64,000 bases of DNA from Octopus vulgaris. Taxonomy: Eukaryota. The DNA lies in NCBI GenBank assembly GCA_951406725.2, contig OX597820.1:39432001-39496000 (forward strand). The letters run 5' to 3'. The position numbers and the translations under genes are program-made. Below the pieces are notes generated by a model. The model ran no database searches. It was not told the DNA's origin and worked only from the letters and a program-made list of their open reading frames with translations. Below, piece by piece: positions 47,965-61,197 of the stretch; position 1 is the first letter of the stretch; the number at the start of each line of letters is the position of its first letter.

Positions 47965-48175
47965 GAGAGAGAGAGGGGGCAGGGGAGATAGAGAGTGTGA
48001 GTATATACACATACATAGACACGCACGTAGAAGCTAGTAAAGAGAAGACAACTACAAATTCCAGGTCGGTTATGTCAACACGATTAAGTAATCACCATTT
48101 GATGACGTTTAATATAAAACATAAAATGATGATGTAGTAGGACTTCCGGATCGCTTGGCTGTCAAATATGTAAGT
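47700..48175. promoter_or_regulatory. Probable CpG-retaining housekeeping promoter with short + strand first exon
   Basis: ACTACAAATTCCAG (ZNF143/SBS-like, 48051), ETS ACTTCCGG (48142-48149), donor-like GTAAGT at 48170; sits at the edge of a CpG-depleted domain. Confidence 0.5.
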
Positions 48176-51100
48176 CAACATCTGTAAATAATTCGATTTT
48201 TCTCGGTGAATGATATCGTCGATGCGAACTGCTTTTAAGATCGATGTTTTAGTATATTATACAAAAGTTTGTTTTATGTATTCTGCTATGACAGCTAGAG
48301 TTTATCGTTTAACAGCATATGTTTTGAAGTCGCCGTAACTGTGCTGTCCTTTTAAGGTACTTAACGGCCTCACCTAAGATAAAAATCAAACCAATATATA
48401 GCATTTCAAATACTTGTTATATTCTTTAACCTAATTTTTGTAACTAGCAATTATTATTCAAGTCAATATACTTGACTAGTGTGCATTGGGTATCGTAATT
48501 GATTTATTAATTAAAGAAAACCATAGCGATATATTTTGCTACTCGACAAAGATCTCATCTATCGTTTCTTTCTATCGAATTATTTCTCTCTACTTGGTGA
48601 TTTTTTAACATTGTAAAGACTTCACGTTTTGGAAGAAAGTACAGTTCATTTAACTGACTGTTACTACTCAGTGAAGGCTGTGTGTTTACTCGACTTGGTT
48701 GAAAAAAAAACACAAAACAAAAACAGCCAGATCTCGTTCGTTGCTTCAGATTGTTTTAAGAGATACGTTGGGTAGAAAAAACGTGCCGGCGGACGGTCGC
48801 GACAGAAATTCTTCTGTTCATAGGTCTGCTTGATCAACAACGGTGTAGGGCTGTAATGTGAATTATATGTGGCAATATATGAAATATATAAATAAATAAA
48901 AGATTAAAGTTGAAATGTTTGGAAAATATATACTCGTATGTTTTGCGTAATAGCAGTAATAATAATTACTGTTGTATGAAACACAGGAATATTAACAAAT
49001 GAAACGCTTGGTGGGGGCTATCCTTTTGCTTTCTCTATGAGGAGTGGGACATCTAACCCGAAATTTCACTCTTTATGGAAAAGCGAATATCGACGTCTCC
49101 GCCATCTCTCCTTTTCATAAATGTAATTCAATGACGGCTATTTACGACGACGCCCTAATTCTTCAGGAATCTTAGCCACTCGAGTCGCACCAACAATAAA
49201 GCTCGTTTTTAGCAAGTTGGCTTTGAACGAAGAAGTTTATTATCAAATGCATTCCAGCCGTGACGCTCTAGTCTTGTTTAATATTTTCCCTTTTCAAACT
49301 CAATGGAGTGTGACTTAAGTCACACTGGCTGTTAGTTTTACTAAATTGTACTATTATTTTAAGGTTCCCATGCAAATGCTTTTAACATTACTTCATGCGT
49401 CATGTTACCTCATTTACCAGCGTATAAAATGCTTCTTATTTTCTTTTATCATATAAAAATTTGCCCTGCGTCTGATGCGCCCGTATTACGGATGGGCGAC
49501 CGAATGCTGTAGCGAGTCGCTGGGTACAGTAATTGTTGTTAATAACAAAATAGTGAAAAGAGGCCAAATTATTACAGTGTTAGCAGACACATACGAAAAA
49601 ATTGCTTACGGTAGGTATATCGTCAGTTATGCGGAAAGGTCACATCATCTCATGACGTCTCCTTCTCCAGTATACATAACTCACACCTGATATGTCTTAT
49701 CTTATTTAATGACTGCATTGCCTAGAAGAAACATCTTTTAATTATCTAAGTGAAAATTCTCTTAGACGAAAGCAATGTTAAACTTATACCTACCCATTTG
49801 CTATGGATGACAACAAAGCCATAATAATAGTGGTGCACAACACTTGCGGCCGATTGCGGTAACACAAAATATAGCCGTAAGAAGGAGTTTTACATCTTGG
49901 CCAAAATATAGACAGCTGATATGAAAGAAGATAGAATTGAAACACGGTACACGTGTAACGTAGTTTATTTATGATAAATTTTTAGTTTCATACTTTATTC
50001 CAGTTATACTGTCTTGACATTGTACTTACGTGTGCAAAATCTTACATTTCGCCTACGAAACCCACTTTAAAATATCTTTCAATAAACCCCATGGTGAAAC
50101 GTTCTAAATTTGTTAGTTTTCCACAAAATATACTTGCTAAATAATGGTGCATCTTATGTGCCAGTCGCACTTTCGCGCAAAATGCGCATACACAATACCT
50201 AATTTGTATCTATTTAGTTGAATTTTGGCGACATGGGATTTTGATTTCAAATCATGCATTTGGACAAAACACATAAAACCGTATTAGAGTCATTGTATAA
50301 CAATTTTAAAAAATCACACGCACTGTTATATTCACTTTCATTTTGTAATAATATACAGTAGATTGGCAGAATTGTTAGATCGCGTGGAAAAAAAAACTTA
50401 CATTGTGGATGAAAGGTAATGTTGATATCGGTGGATATTGAATTCGAATCAACCAATATCAACTTTTCCTTTCATCCTTTCAGCGTCGATTAAATAAGGT
50501 ACCAGTAAAGGACAGTACTGGAATCTATAAAATGGACTGCTTCTCATCTGCCAAATTTCCTGGCCTTGTGCCCTATGTTAAGAACAGTTATTTCTTTTAA
50601 AGAATTTCTCAAATGACGCATGCCAACTAACATGTTTTATTTCACTGTTTGTTTACACTCAACGGAACCTCAATTAGTTATTTTAAAAAACTTGCTTTGC
50701 GCACCGACAATTTAGTCATAAATACTATTTCTCTGTATTTATTTTATTGTATTTAATTAAGAGGTGGTAGTCTTGAAACGTTTTACTTAAGTTGTTAATA
50801 ACACATCCAACTGATTGACTAGGAAATATATCTATCTATCTATCTCATTTCATCATTATATTTACGAATGTAAATTTTAAAGAAGTATGCATTTTTTTTT
50901 ATGTTTAGAAAGCTTGAGACATTTACGTATACTCAGCTGTACGGGTGTCAGTAGTAGTTGTAGTCGTTATTTAATCCACCCCTTCCTTTAAGCAGACATA
51001 TGATCAAACACCTTCCACCCCTTCACATCATACCTTTTTTTTTTTTTTTTTTCCAGGCACAGTATATACAAACTTAATCTAATTAGTCTTTACTTTTCGT

Positions 51101-52189
51101 AAGACAGTCGAATGTGATTTAAAGAAGATTTGGCAACCATTTCTTGCAATTCGTTAGTGTAAGCGACATTAGTGGGATAGGTTTATAGTAAATATTTATA
51201 TATAGAGATGAGACAGCGAGAATTGAGGTTCCGTTGAGTGTAAACAAACACAGTGAAATAAAACATGTTAGTTGGCATGCGTCATTTGAGAAATTCTCTG
51301 ATGACACCTTTTTCTTTTATACTTAGCACCTTAAAAGTTTTCTTTTAATTGTCACTTCTATGTTCCTGTAAATTGGAGAGATTTGTCTAAAAATTTTCTA
51401 CCTAGTTTTATTTTGAACTTGCTTTTGCTACCTGGTAACTTATATAGACAAACTAATGTGTGTACTTGAATAGAGAAGGGGGATCTAATCATCACTCTTA
51501 AATCATATTACTAATTAGCAACGAAAAATGTTTAGCATAAGTATTAATATAAAAACTATACAATAAATCTCTTGTCCATTCAGCTAACTTCCGTACAGTA
51601 AAAGTTTAGAATGAAGTTGGCAAAAGGGACTTCTTATGGGGAAATTTATAGTGCCTTGTTCAAAATACAGTGCGCATCTAATATGCCGCTTTGTTAAGAT
51701 GAGTAGGATATAAGGGAGAGTTGGTTGTTATTTCTAGCTGGTTGAGCGACTACATAAAGGGTCTTTGATGGTTCCTTGAGTGTGTGTGTTTGTATTTCTT
51801 TAATTTTTTTTAAAAGTCCAAATATAAGGATCATACATCGATTGATTATAAATATTACTACATATTTTGCTGAAATAACATACCATCTTCACTTTCCGCA
51901 AACTTTAGTTTTACTTTTAGTTTCGCGAATGAATGAAATCAATATTAATAATGCTCTAACAGTAATAATTTTAAACTAACAACTTTTTTTTTTTACTAAG
52001 TTATCATACCCGAAGCACCATTTTTGATTTTCTTATGAGCCTTTTAAAGGAAAACTACATTGTGCAAAATATCTGGTGTTTCTTCAAAAATCGTGCTGTC
52101 AGTGTCCGTACGCGTCATCACTGGAAATATGGTAAGGTGGATAGTATGAATAGGGCTTGTTACTTTTCCCTGTTAGTAAAGTTCTGAGG

Positions 52190-52378
52190 ACAATCCCTCC
52201 TCCGGCCCGGCAATTCTTGACCGAAACGATTGGGGCCAGCTAATATTACTGACATCTAGAGAAACTGAGAGCTGAAAGTCGCGGGGTAGAAACGCCATCA
52301 AAAGTGAAAGCTAAATAAAATTACTACTAACTGCGTCAACCTCAAAACAGAAATGTTCTTATCATTACAATCCTCTAA
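52190..52378 (+). other. Probable 5' UTR exon of SLC35B3 (start approximate)
   Basis: CpG-containing unique sequence ending at donor GTAAGT (52379), 224 nt upstream of the coding exon start. Confidence 0.45.
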
Positions 52379-52627
52379 GTAAGTGAAATTGTACGTTATA
52401 ATCCAAGATCACCCATATTTTTTCATATGAAAGTTGGAGGTAAAAGAAAATCTTTTTACATCATTTGGATGCGTCAAAGATATTCTGCATCACTAACTTA
52501 AAAAAAAAAAAAATGAAGTGTTGTCTAATTTACTCACTATTCACTAATCTCTTTACTTCTTTTCTTTTAATGTCGATATTTTTTTCTACGTTATTTTTGT
52601 AGGTTTCCGTACATTTAATTCCTAAAA

Positions 52628-53080
52628 ATGTCGCGTTACCGTGAGCATAGCACTAGTAACACCTCCCGCGAGAGCGGCGGCGCTCACTTTCACCTACCAC
52701 CGCATTTTTCACCGCAACCACCACTACTGCCACAACCATCACCGACGCAGCCGTCGCTTAACGTAGGCACTGAAGGCAATAACAATCCTTATTCTTCGTT
52801 TACTGCTCACCGCTCCGGTTTTTCTAACACATCCAGCTCCCTTCCCCACCGTGACCTCACCAACACAATCGACTTGGAATCTTACCTTCATTATCATGCT
52901 AACTCGCAGGCGAAACACAACACCATGGGAGTCGATGACAGTACGCCGAACCAAGAGGATGAACAACAACAGACTGTGAAAATACTGTGTTTTGATTTAA
53001 GCACTTTGTCACGTACACTCCAGTTTCTTATATGCAGCGGTTCCGTTTTTTTCTTTTATATTATCTATGGTTATATAATG
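52628..53080 (+). CDS. SLC35B3: PAPS transporter 2, first coding exon (gene continues beyond window)
   Basis: VKILCFDLSTLSRTLQFLICSGSVFFFYIIYGYIM matches the recalled PAPST2 TM1 region (..TQFFICVAGVFVFYLIYGYLQ). Acceptor AG at 52601-52602, AAAATG start, phase-0 donor GTAAGT at 53081. Confidence 0.88.
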
Positions 53081-53248
53081 GTAAGTTGACGTTTATTTCG
53101 TTTTCTCTTCTCTTTTTCTTTTCACACGCAGTCAGACAGCAGTACATCAGATAACAAAACATATAACAGATATTAAACAAGCAGGCGCATGCACATATCC
53201 ACCCTCACACGCACTTTATCAAAATTTACCTATAAATTGTAAATATTC

Positions 53249-53620
53249 AGGCGCAGGCGTGGCTGTGTGGTAAGGAGGGTGCTTCTCAACCACAGGGTTC
53301 CGGGTTCAGTCCCACTGCGTGGCACCTTGTGCAAGTGTCTTCTACTATAGTCTCGGGCCCACGAAAGCCTTGTGAGTGGATTTGGTTGACGGAAACCACA
53401 AGAAGCTTATCGTGTGTGTGTGTACATACATGTATGTATTAGTGTGTCTGTCTGTTTGCCATCGCTTGACAACCGATGTTGGTGTATGTATATCTCTGTA
53501 ACTGAGCAGTTCGGCAAAGAGACTGATAGAATAAGTACTAGGTTCACAAAAAATTAAGTCTTGGGGTCGATTTCTTCAACTAAAACCTTCTAAGGTGGTG
53601 CTCCAGCGTAGCCTCAATCA
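53249..53620 (+). mobile_element. SINE family A (intronic)
   Basis: Head and body match 19155-19607; more copies at ~55105-55480, 55800-56185 and 63295-63695(-). Confidence 0.85.
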
Positions 53621-55486
53621 AACACACACGCACTTGCAGCTCACACAAAGGAGCTTTTACGTGGTCATTTGATATGCTAGAAATGACAGTCTAATCTCCT
53701 GTAAATCATATCCTGTTGTCTTAAAAAGGAAATAATACAATAGATAATATAGTCGTGTTGTAGAAACCCCTGAAGAGACAAGAATGTCAGGACTGAAATC
53801 ATAGGTCTGCTTGATCAGCGTTCATTGAATAGGGGGCTAAACAATAACAGGTCTAACATACACTCATACTGTTGATGGACTACTTATTAACATGTAAATA
53901 TACATATGTAAAAATATAAAATTATGGCCACCACAGACGAAAAACACAAAGCCCTTACATGTAGGCATACAACACTGCATATATACACTTGCACTCACAT
54001 ATACATATAGCAAAGCACACATGCCTAACACACACATATAGGTGACTAACACATATACATATGCCTAACACATACATATGCACATATACATGCACACACA
54101 CACGCACATATATATACATGCCACACACACACACATGCCTATATTCAGAGTTGTCCTAGCAGACTCCTTGGCAAAGCAGTGTACTAGGGCCTCTACATAC
54201 ACAACAGGATATATAGATTAAAATTGGGCTCCTTAGATCTGTGGAAAGCCCCATGCAACTGCCCAGTGTGTCCATACCTTTAGACAGCACTGCCTATACT
54301 ACAAAAACAGCTGTTACTCAGACAAATGCATGGCAAGGTAGCCTGCAGATTGCTTTATCAGCAGACATAAATATACACCCTTGTCACTACAGAACTTTGA
54401 GAGAATAATAATTGGAGAGAGAGACAGTTGCACCAACTCTCAGATGGTACTCATTACAGTAGTCAATATCATTTAATATCTGTTTTCCATGCTGGCATGG
54501 GTTGGGCGATTTGATAGGAGCTGGCCAGCTAGAAAACTGTCATAGTCCCATGTCTGTTTTGGTATGGTTTCTATGGTTGGATGCTCTTTCTAATGCCAAC
54601 TACTTTACAAAATATACTGGATCTTTTACACAGCACCAGCATGGGCGCTTCTATGTGATATTAACACAAGATATTAACACTACGAGCACACAAGATCTGG
54701 AATGCTCAGTTGAAGAGGGATGCAAGGGACATGCCTGTATGCAAGGACAACCCTGATTTTGCTTAGATTGAGGTGTCTTCTCAAGCACAGCAAACGGCCA
54801 GAAATCTCAGTTGTGTAGACAAGAAGGATCTTGCTCAAGGACACAAGGCATTGCCTAATCCAAGAATCAAATGCACAAACTTATGCACCTAACATCTGAC
54901 CACTAGGTTCCACACCTTACATGCTTATGCTATTTATAGATAGCTATTATATATGCATTAACAAACTCACATATGCAAACTTTCATCATATGTATAGCAC
55001 ATTCACAAACCATATAACTACTTGATTCTAGCAACTCATATATAAGCACACTGCTATCACCACCGTTTATGACTAACACACACAAACTTCATTACTATAT
55101 GCTCAAGAAGCTTGCTTCCCAACCACATGGTTCCAGGTTCAGTCCCACTGCATGTCATCTTGGGCAAGTGTTTTCTACTATATCCTCAGTCTGACCAAAC
55201 CTTAGTGAGTGGATTTGGTAGATGGAAATTGAAGGAAGTCCGTCATATATATTTATACATACATATGTATGTATGTATGTTTGTGCGTTCATGTTTGTCC
55301 TCCACTCACTATCGCTTGACAAACGATGTTGGTGTGTTTACGTCCCTGTAACTTAGCAGTTTGGCAAAAGAGCCCAATAGGATAAGTATTAGGCTTACAA
55401 AGAATAAGTTCTGGGGTCAATTTGTTCAACTAAAGGTGGTGCTTCAGCTTGGCTGCAGTCAAATGACTGAAATAAGTAAATAAATA

Positions 55487-55539
<53 letters not shown>

Positions 55540-56764
55540 AGAGAGAGAGAGAGAGAGAGCATGCAAAAAGTATGTTCATCTAATTTCAAAACTATTCCAA
55601 CCACAACCATCTTTAGCTATTTTTAAAAGTGTTCCACCTGTGATCACCCAGTTCTTTAAAAAACATTTCAGCTGTGACTATTCATGACCGTTCAATCTTT
55701 TGCAAAAAGCATTTCGCCCACGACCACACTGCTTTTAGTTTTTTCTTTGTCCTTGGTCAGTTCTGAGCCAGCAGACTTATAGATTAAGCTGCTGATATGA
55801 TTGTGTCGTAAGAAGTTTGCTTCCCAACTGCATGGTCCTGAGTTCAATACCGCTGTGTGGTACCCTGGGCCAGGTTTAGCCCTGAGTTAATGAAAGCCTT
55901 GCGAATGGATTTAATAGATGGAAACAAAACTAAGCCTGTTGTGTGTGTGTGTGTGTGTGAGTCTTCACGTTTGTGCTTGTCCCCTACTACTGCTTGACAA
56001 CTGGTGCTGGTTCGTTTATGTCCCTGTAACTTAGTGATTCAGCAAAAGAGACTGATAGGAAAAGTACCAGACTTTAAAAAGCAAAAACTAAGTACTGGGG
56101 TAAATTTGTTTGATTAAAATTCTTCAAGGAGGTGCCCCAGCATGGCCACAATTGAATGATCAAAACAAATAAAAGATAAAAAATAAGCCCCCTTTTTTTT
56201 TTTAAACAAGAAAAAAAAAGTGGTACAGTGTCACTAATATGGATGCCCTTTTACATGTCAGTGCATGGGTTCCTTTAATTTGTCACTGGTACAGGTGCCC
56301 TTTCATGTGTCACTGGCATGAGTGTTTTTTACATGTCACTGGCACTAGCAATGACCATGATTCACTTAAAAAAGATGAGATGGTCATGTCTGGAATGTTG
56401 ATGACTGGCCATGATTGCAATGTTCTTTAAAAAATATTGGATGGTCATAGTTGGAAAGCACAAAAAGAGTAGCTGACCTTATCTATGCTTTTATAAAAAA
56501 GACAATGGTCCCAGTCTGATTACTTTTTAAAGATTGGATAGTCTCATAACACACTAGCATTGCATAATGTAGTATGAGATACAAAATATTCATCATCATC
56601 ATCATCAGCAGCATCATTTTACATCTGTTTTCCATGCTGGCATGGATTAAACAGTTTGACAAGAACTGGTAAGCTGGAGAGCTGCACCAGTCTTCAGTCA
56701 TCTGTTTTGCTTGGTTTCTATCGCTGGATGCCCTTCCTAACACCAGCCACTTTACAGAGTGTAC

Positions 56765-57490
56765 TGGGTGTCTTTTATGGGTCACCAGTGCAGGTACCCT
56801 TTTACATGTCACCAGCATGAGTGCCCTTTTACATGTCACCAGCATGGGTGCCCTTCATGTGTCACTGGCATGGGTGCCCTTTCATGTGTCACCAGCATGG
56901 GTGCCCTTTCATGTGTCACCGGCATGGGTGCCCTTTCATGCGTCACTGGCATGGGTGGCCTTTCATGTGTCACTGGCATAGGTGCCCTTTCATGTGTTAC
57001 TGCCATAGATGCCCTTTCATGTGTCACCAGCATGGGTGCCCTTTTACATGTCATCAGCATGGGTACCCTTTTATGTGTCACTAGCATGGGTGCCCTTTCA
57101 TGTGTCACCAGCATGGGTGCCCTTTCATGTGTCACCAGCATGGGTGCCCTTTCATGTGTCACTGGCATAGGTGCCCTTTCATGTGTCACTGGCATAGGTG
57201 CCCTTTCATGTGTCACCAGCATGGGTGCCCTTTTACATGTCATCAGCATGGGTACCCTTTTATGTGTCACTAGCATGGGTGCCCTTTCATGTGTCACCAG
57301 CATGGGTGCCCTTTCATGTGTCACCAGCATGGGTGCCCTCTCATGTGTCACTGGCACAGTTGTCCTTTTATGTGTCACCTGCATGGGTGCCCTTTTATGT
57401 GTCACTGGCACAGGTTCCCCTTTTATGTGTCACTGGCACAGATGCCTTTTCATGGTCACTAGCAAGAGTGCTTTTTACATATCACTGACA
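56765..57490. repeat. 27-bp minisatellite (~26-27 units) inside a family C element
   Basis: Unit CATGGGTGCCCTTTCATGTGTCACCAG; shorter array at 56238-56365. Confidence 0.93.
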
Positions 57491-59763
57491 CTAGCAATGA
57501 CCATGATTCACTTAACTTGACTGTCTTCTCAAGCACAGCAAATCACCAGAAGTCTCGGTCACTTGTCATTACCTTCCTGAGACTCAACAACTGAAGATTG
57601 GTTTTCACCACCTCATCCCATGTCTTCCTGGGTCTCAAAAAAAATTTTTTTTTAAATAGCATCAAAATTATTATTGCTAGAGTACTTTTGCTCATAGTTC
57701 TGCTCAGTCAATGCTGACTTTGTATTAAACAATAACTGTATTTATCTCTTTGCTGAAAAAGTTTTTTCTCCTCCTGTATTTCAAATTAATAACACTCCTT
57801 TTTCCTGAGAAACCTACACAATAGAGTGACTATATAAAATAAACAAAGACTCTCACTATCAAATAGAACTATATTACAATATATTGCCGTCTAGTTTAAG
57901 GTCTGATAATCAGCATCAAGTAACTATATTAAAATTCATTACATTAAGAAGAGAAAAAGTTCTCACAAACACATGTATCATCATCATCATCATTAATGTC
58001 ATCAGTTTTTGCTTGTACTTTTCCTTTTGCTAGTTTCCTTTTTGCATATTAATAAAAGCAGAAAAATTATTCATTTATTTATTATTGTTTTTATTATTTT
58101 TGTTTATCTTAAGGGGGCAAGCTGGTAGAATTGTTAGTGTGTCGAACAAAATGCTCAGCTGGATTTTTTTCCTAGTTGTACATTCTGAGTTCAAATCCAG
58201 CTAAGGTCCACTTTGCATTTCATCCTTTCAGGTTCAATAAAATAAAGCATAACTGAAGTACTGGGGTATGATGTAATTCTATTAACCCTCTTGTCCTAGA
58301 TAGAATTGTTGGCTTTGTACCAACATTGGAGGTTTCCATACTGTTTCTGTCTATCAAATTTCATTCATGGCCTAAATTAATTTGAGCCTGTAGTAGAGGA
58401 CTCTTGTCCAAAGTGCCACACAGTGGGACTGAACTATACTGCCACACCTTTACCTATATAACTGATATAGTTTTGTTAGAATCCACACCTCAGTGCAGCA
58501 TTTACTATATTTCATTCAAGTCTATCCATATGAACTTTTAAGCAAATAAATACACAAAGACAGATTGGATATGTAGGTGCTTGTCTTTCATCCACATTTC
58601 ACAGAAATTATAGGTTGTCTGTTAATAGTAAAAAACCAGTGTTATGTTTTGGTTTACAAAATATTTACTGTATGCCAATAATGATGTAACACTCCTTTCA
58701 CCTTAATTCATTCATTGTATTAACATACATGGGAATCTACTTAATGTATTCACAGATTATGTTAACAAATAGTTATTGTTATCAAAATTAGTGGTTTCAA
58801 GCATACTCTGGGTATTGTTATGTTCTTTGTTTGAGGTTGTCAACTAGGTGTGGCTATTCAAACAAAAACCCTGTCCCAAAGTGGTCACAATATGATGCTT
58901 TCACTGTAAGGTGGTGATCTGGCAGAATTGTTTGCATGCTAGGCAAAATACTTGTAGGCATTTCGTATGTCTATAATCTGAGTTCAAATTCCACCAAGGT
59001 CGGCTTTGCCTTTTATCCTTTTGGGGTTGATGAAATAAGTACCAGTTGAACTCTGAGGTCGGTGCAATCAGCTTATCCCCTCGACTGAAATTGCTGGCCT
59101 TGTCTAAAATTTGAAACCAATATGATATTTTCATTGTATATTTAATTTGGCTTATAAATAAGTTTGCAGTTAGTTATAAGACAGACAAATTGAGGGTTTG
59201 TAAGTTTCAGCTAGTTGAGTTGATGGGTCTAATTCATCTTCAGTGTGGTCACCCAGTCTGTTTACACATCACACAATATCTTTCTGTTGGACCAAGTTCT
59301 ATGAGGGGAAAGTTATACAAAAGTGAATTAGGTTGAAACATTGTATCTGGTGAGTCACTGGCCTTCCGAGCGAAGCCCTTTGTTTTTAAAGCATCACTTA
59401 CTTTGAGATGTTTCTCTGAGACAAAATATTACAGCTAATCATCACCATCATCATCATCATCATTTAGCGTCGGTTTTCCATACTGGCATGGGTTAGTTAG
59501 TTTGACTGGAACTGGTAACCCAGAGAGCTGTACCAGGTCTACACACTTTGGCTTACCAGTCAAACCATCTAACCCTAATGCCATTCCATCACCTTAATGT
59601 CCACTTTTCCATACTGTTTGATAGAAATTGTCGAGGCAGATTTCCTATGGTGAGATACCTTTCCTGTTTCCAAGTCAGGTAACGTTCCTCAGTGTCTGCA
59701 GTAGATGATACCAGCCAAGTGTCCAGAGTTAGTGGCAGTGAACCTCAAATCACATGGCTTTAA

Positions 59764-59976
59764 TCCTTTAGCATTCAAACCGGCCATATCTGGCCAAAAT
59801 ATTTAACCTGTTTTATATTGAAACTGACCAGATCTCACCTCTCACCTCCCATGTCGTTCTAAAACTAAAAAATCACATCACTGAAATATCTAAACTACAA
59901 GATAATGCATGATTAATTCAAAACAATATAAATAAACAAACATCACATTTGACAGAATAATCTGAACACTAAAGGG
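59764..59976. mobile_element. piggyBac-type MITE (second family)
   Basis: TTAA|TCCTTTAGCATTCA...TGAACACTAAAGGG|TTAA. Confidence 0.8.
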
Positions 59977-60048
59977 TTAAACCAAACTCATCAATCAAAC
60001 AGCCATGCTTCAGGCAAATTGAGATGCTGCATTCTTCTTTATTTTGTA

Positions 60049-60425
60049 CTAGCAGTATCGCCCGGCGTTGCTCGGGTTTGTAAGGGAAATAACTATATAA
60101 GCATTTTTAGAGAGTTATAGCCAAAAAAATGCATTAAAAATGGAAAACAAATGATGGTAAATTTTTTTTTAAATCGTTGACTCATCGTAGACATTTTTAG
60201 AGAGTTACTTCCCTTATATAATAGCGAAAAAATGCATTAAAATGGTAAAAAATGATGGTAAATTTTTTTTTAAATCGTAGACGCGCGCTAATACCCAGAA
60301 GGGCTCGATATGAATCACGACTATAAGATACCCACTTTTGGTTACACTGCATTGCAAAATGTGGGAGTAGTTAGGAATCTAAATCGTAGGAGACAGACAC
60401 ACAACTTCACTTTTATATATAAAGA
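60049..60425 (-). mobile_element. Non-autonomous Helitron
   Basis: Minus strand A|TCTTTATATATAAAA ... CCCGAGCAACGCCGGG hairpin ... CTAG|T; no TSD. Confidence 0.85.
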
Positions 60426-60845
60426 TTACTTTCTCTTATGTGTAAAATGGTCTTTTCTGAAATGTTGACATGGCACTGTGGTAAGAAGTTTGCTTCTCAG
60501 TATCGTGGTTCCGTGTTTGGTTCTATTGCATGGCAACATAGTTAAGTGTTTCCTGCTATTGTCTTGGGCCAACTAAGGCCTTGTGAGTGGATTTGATAGA
60601 TGGAAACTAAAAGGCATTTGTTGTATACAGTAATGCTCGATATATGAGTTACTTTGATCCTAGAGACCGCTTGTAAAGTGAAAACTTGTAAAGCAAAGGA
60701 ATAATTTACCATAGTAGCAATGTTATAAATCGTAATTTGTTCTCGCAAAAATATTTTACCTATAAAATTTATAATATAAATGGCAATAGAACAACAGTAG
60801 AATGTAAAGAATATTTTATGTAAAGTAAAAAGAATGTCAAGATCA

Positions 60846-61197
60846 TCTCTCTATATATAAACGGCAAAATGTCTGTGTGCGTCTCCTTTATACAAATCCA
60901 CAATTTTTCAGTTAGAGAGCTTGCACTTTCTATGGTCATTCAAAATCATTCAAGGGTTGTCATGCACATCTTTACATTTCCCCCAGTCACCCCGCAAAGC
61001 CATTAAAAATTAATAGAAGTGACCTTTTTGTGAATTTTCTATCCAAAACCGAATCAAAATGCCCAAAACTTGAATGCCAACTAGCTGTATGTGATTGGTT
61101 GGAGATTTGGACAGTACTTGCGTGTATGTGCACATGCATGCAGCTGTATATGCATGCACTAGCACTATGACCCGGCATTTCCGGGTCATAGTGCTAG
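60846..61197 (+). mobile_element. Non-autonomous Helitron
   Basis: A|TCTCTCTATATATAAA ... GACCCGGCATTTCCGGGTC ... CTAG|T. Confidence 0.82.

Noticed and set aside
49473-49525. CTGATGc-GCCCGT..ATGGGC-GAcc hammerhead-like string
   Set aside because: Three core positions are wrong and stems I/III are poor.
30923-53080. Functional cluster of a glycosyltransferase and a PAPS transporter
   Set aside because: Two Golgi-pathway genes 20 kb apart is not evidence of co-regulation without synteny data.
56759-57520. 253-aa and 191-aa repeat ORFs; CRISPR-like appearance
   Set aside because: Contiguous 27-bp units with no unique spacers or cas genes; frames stay open only because 27 is a multiple of 3.
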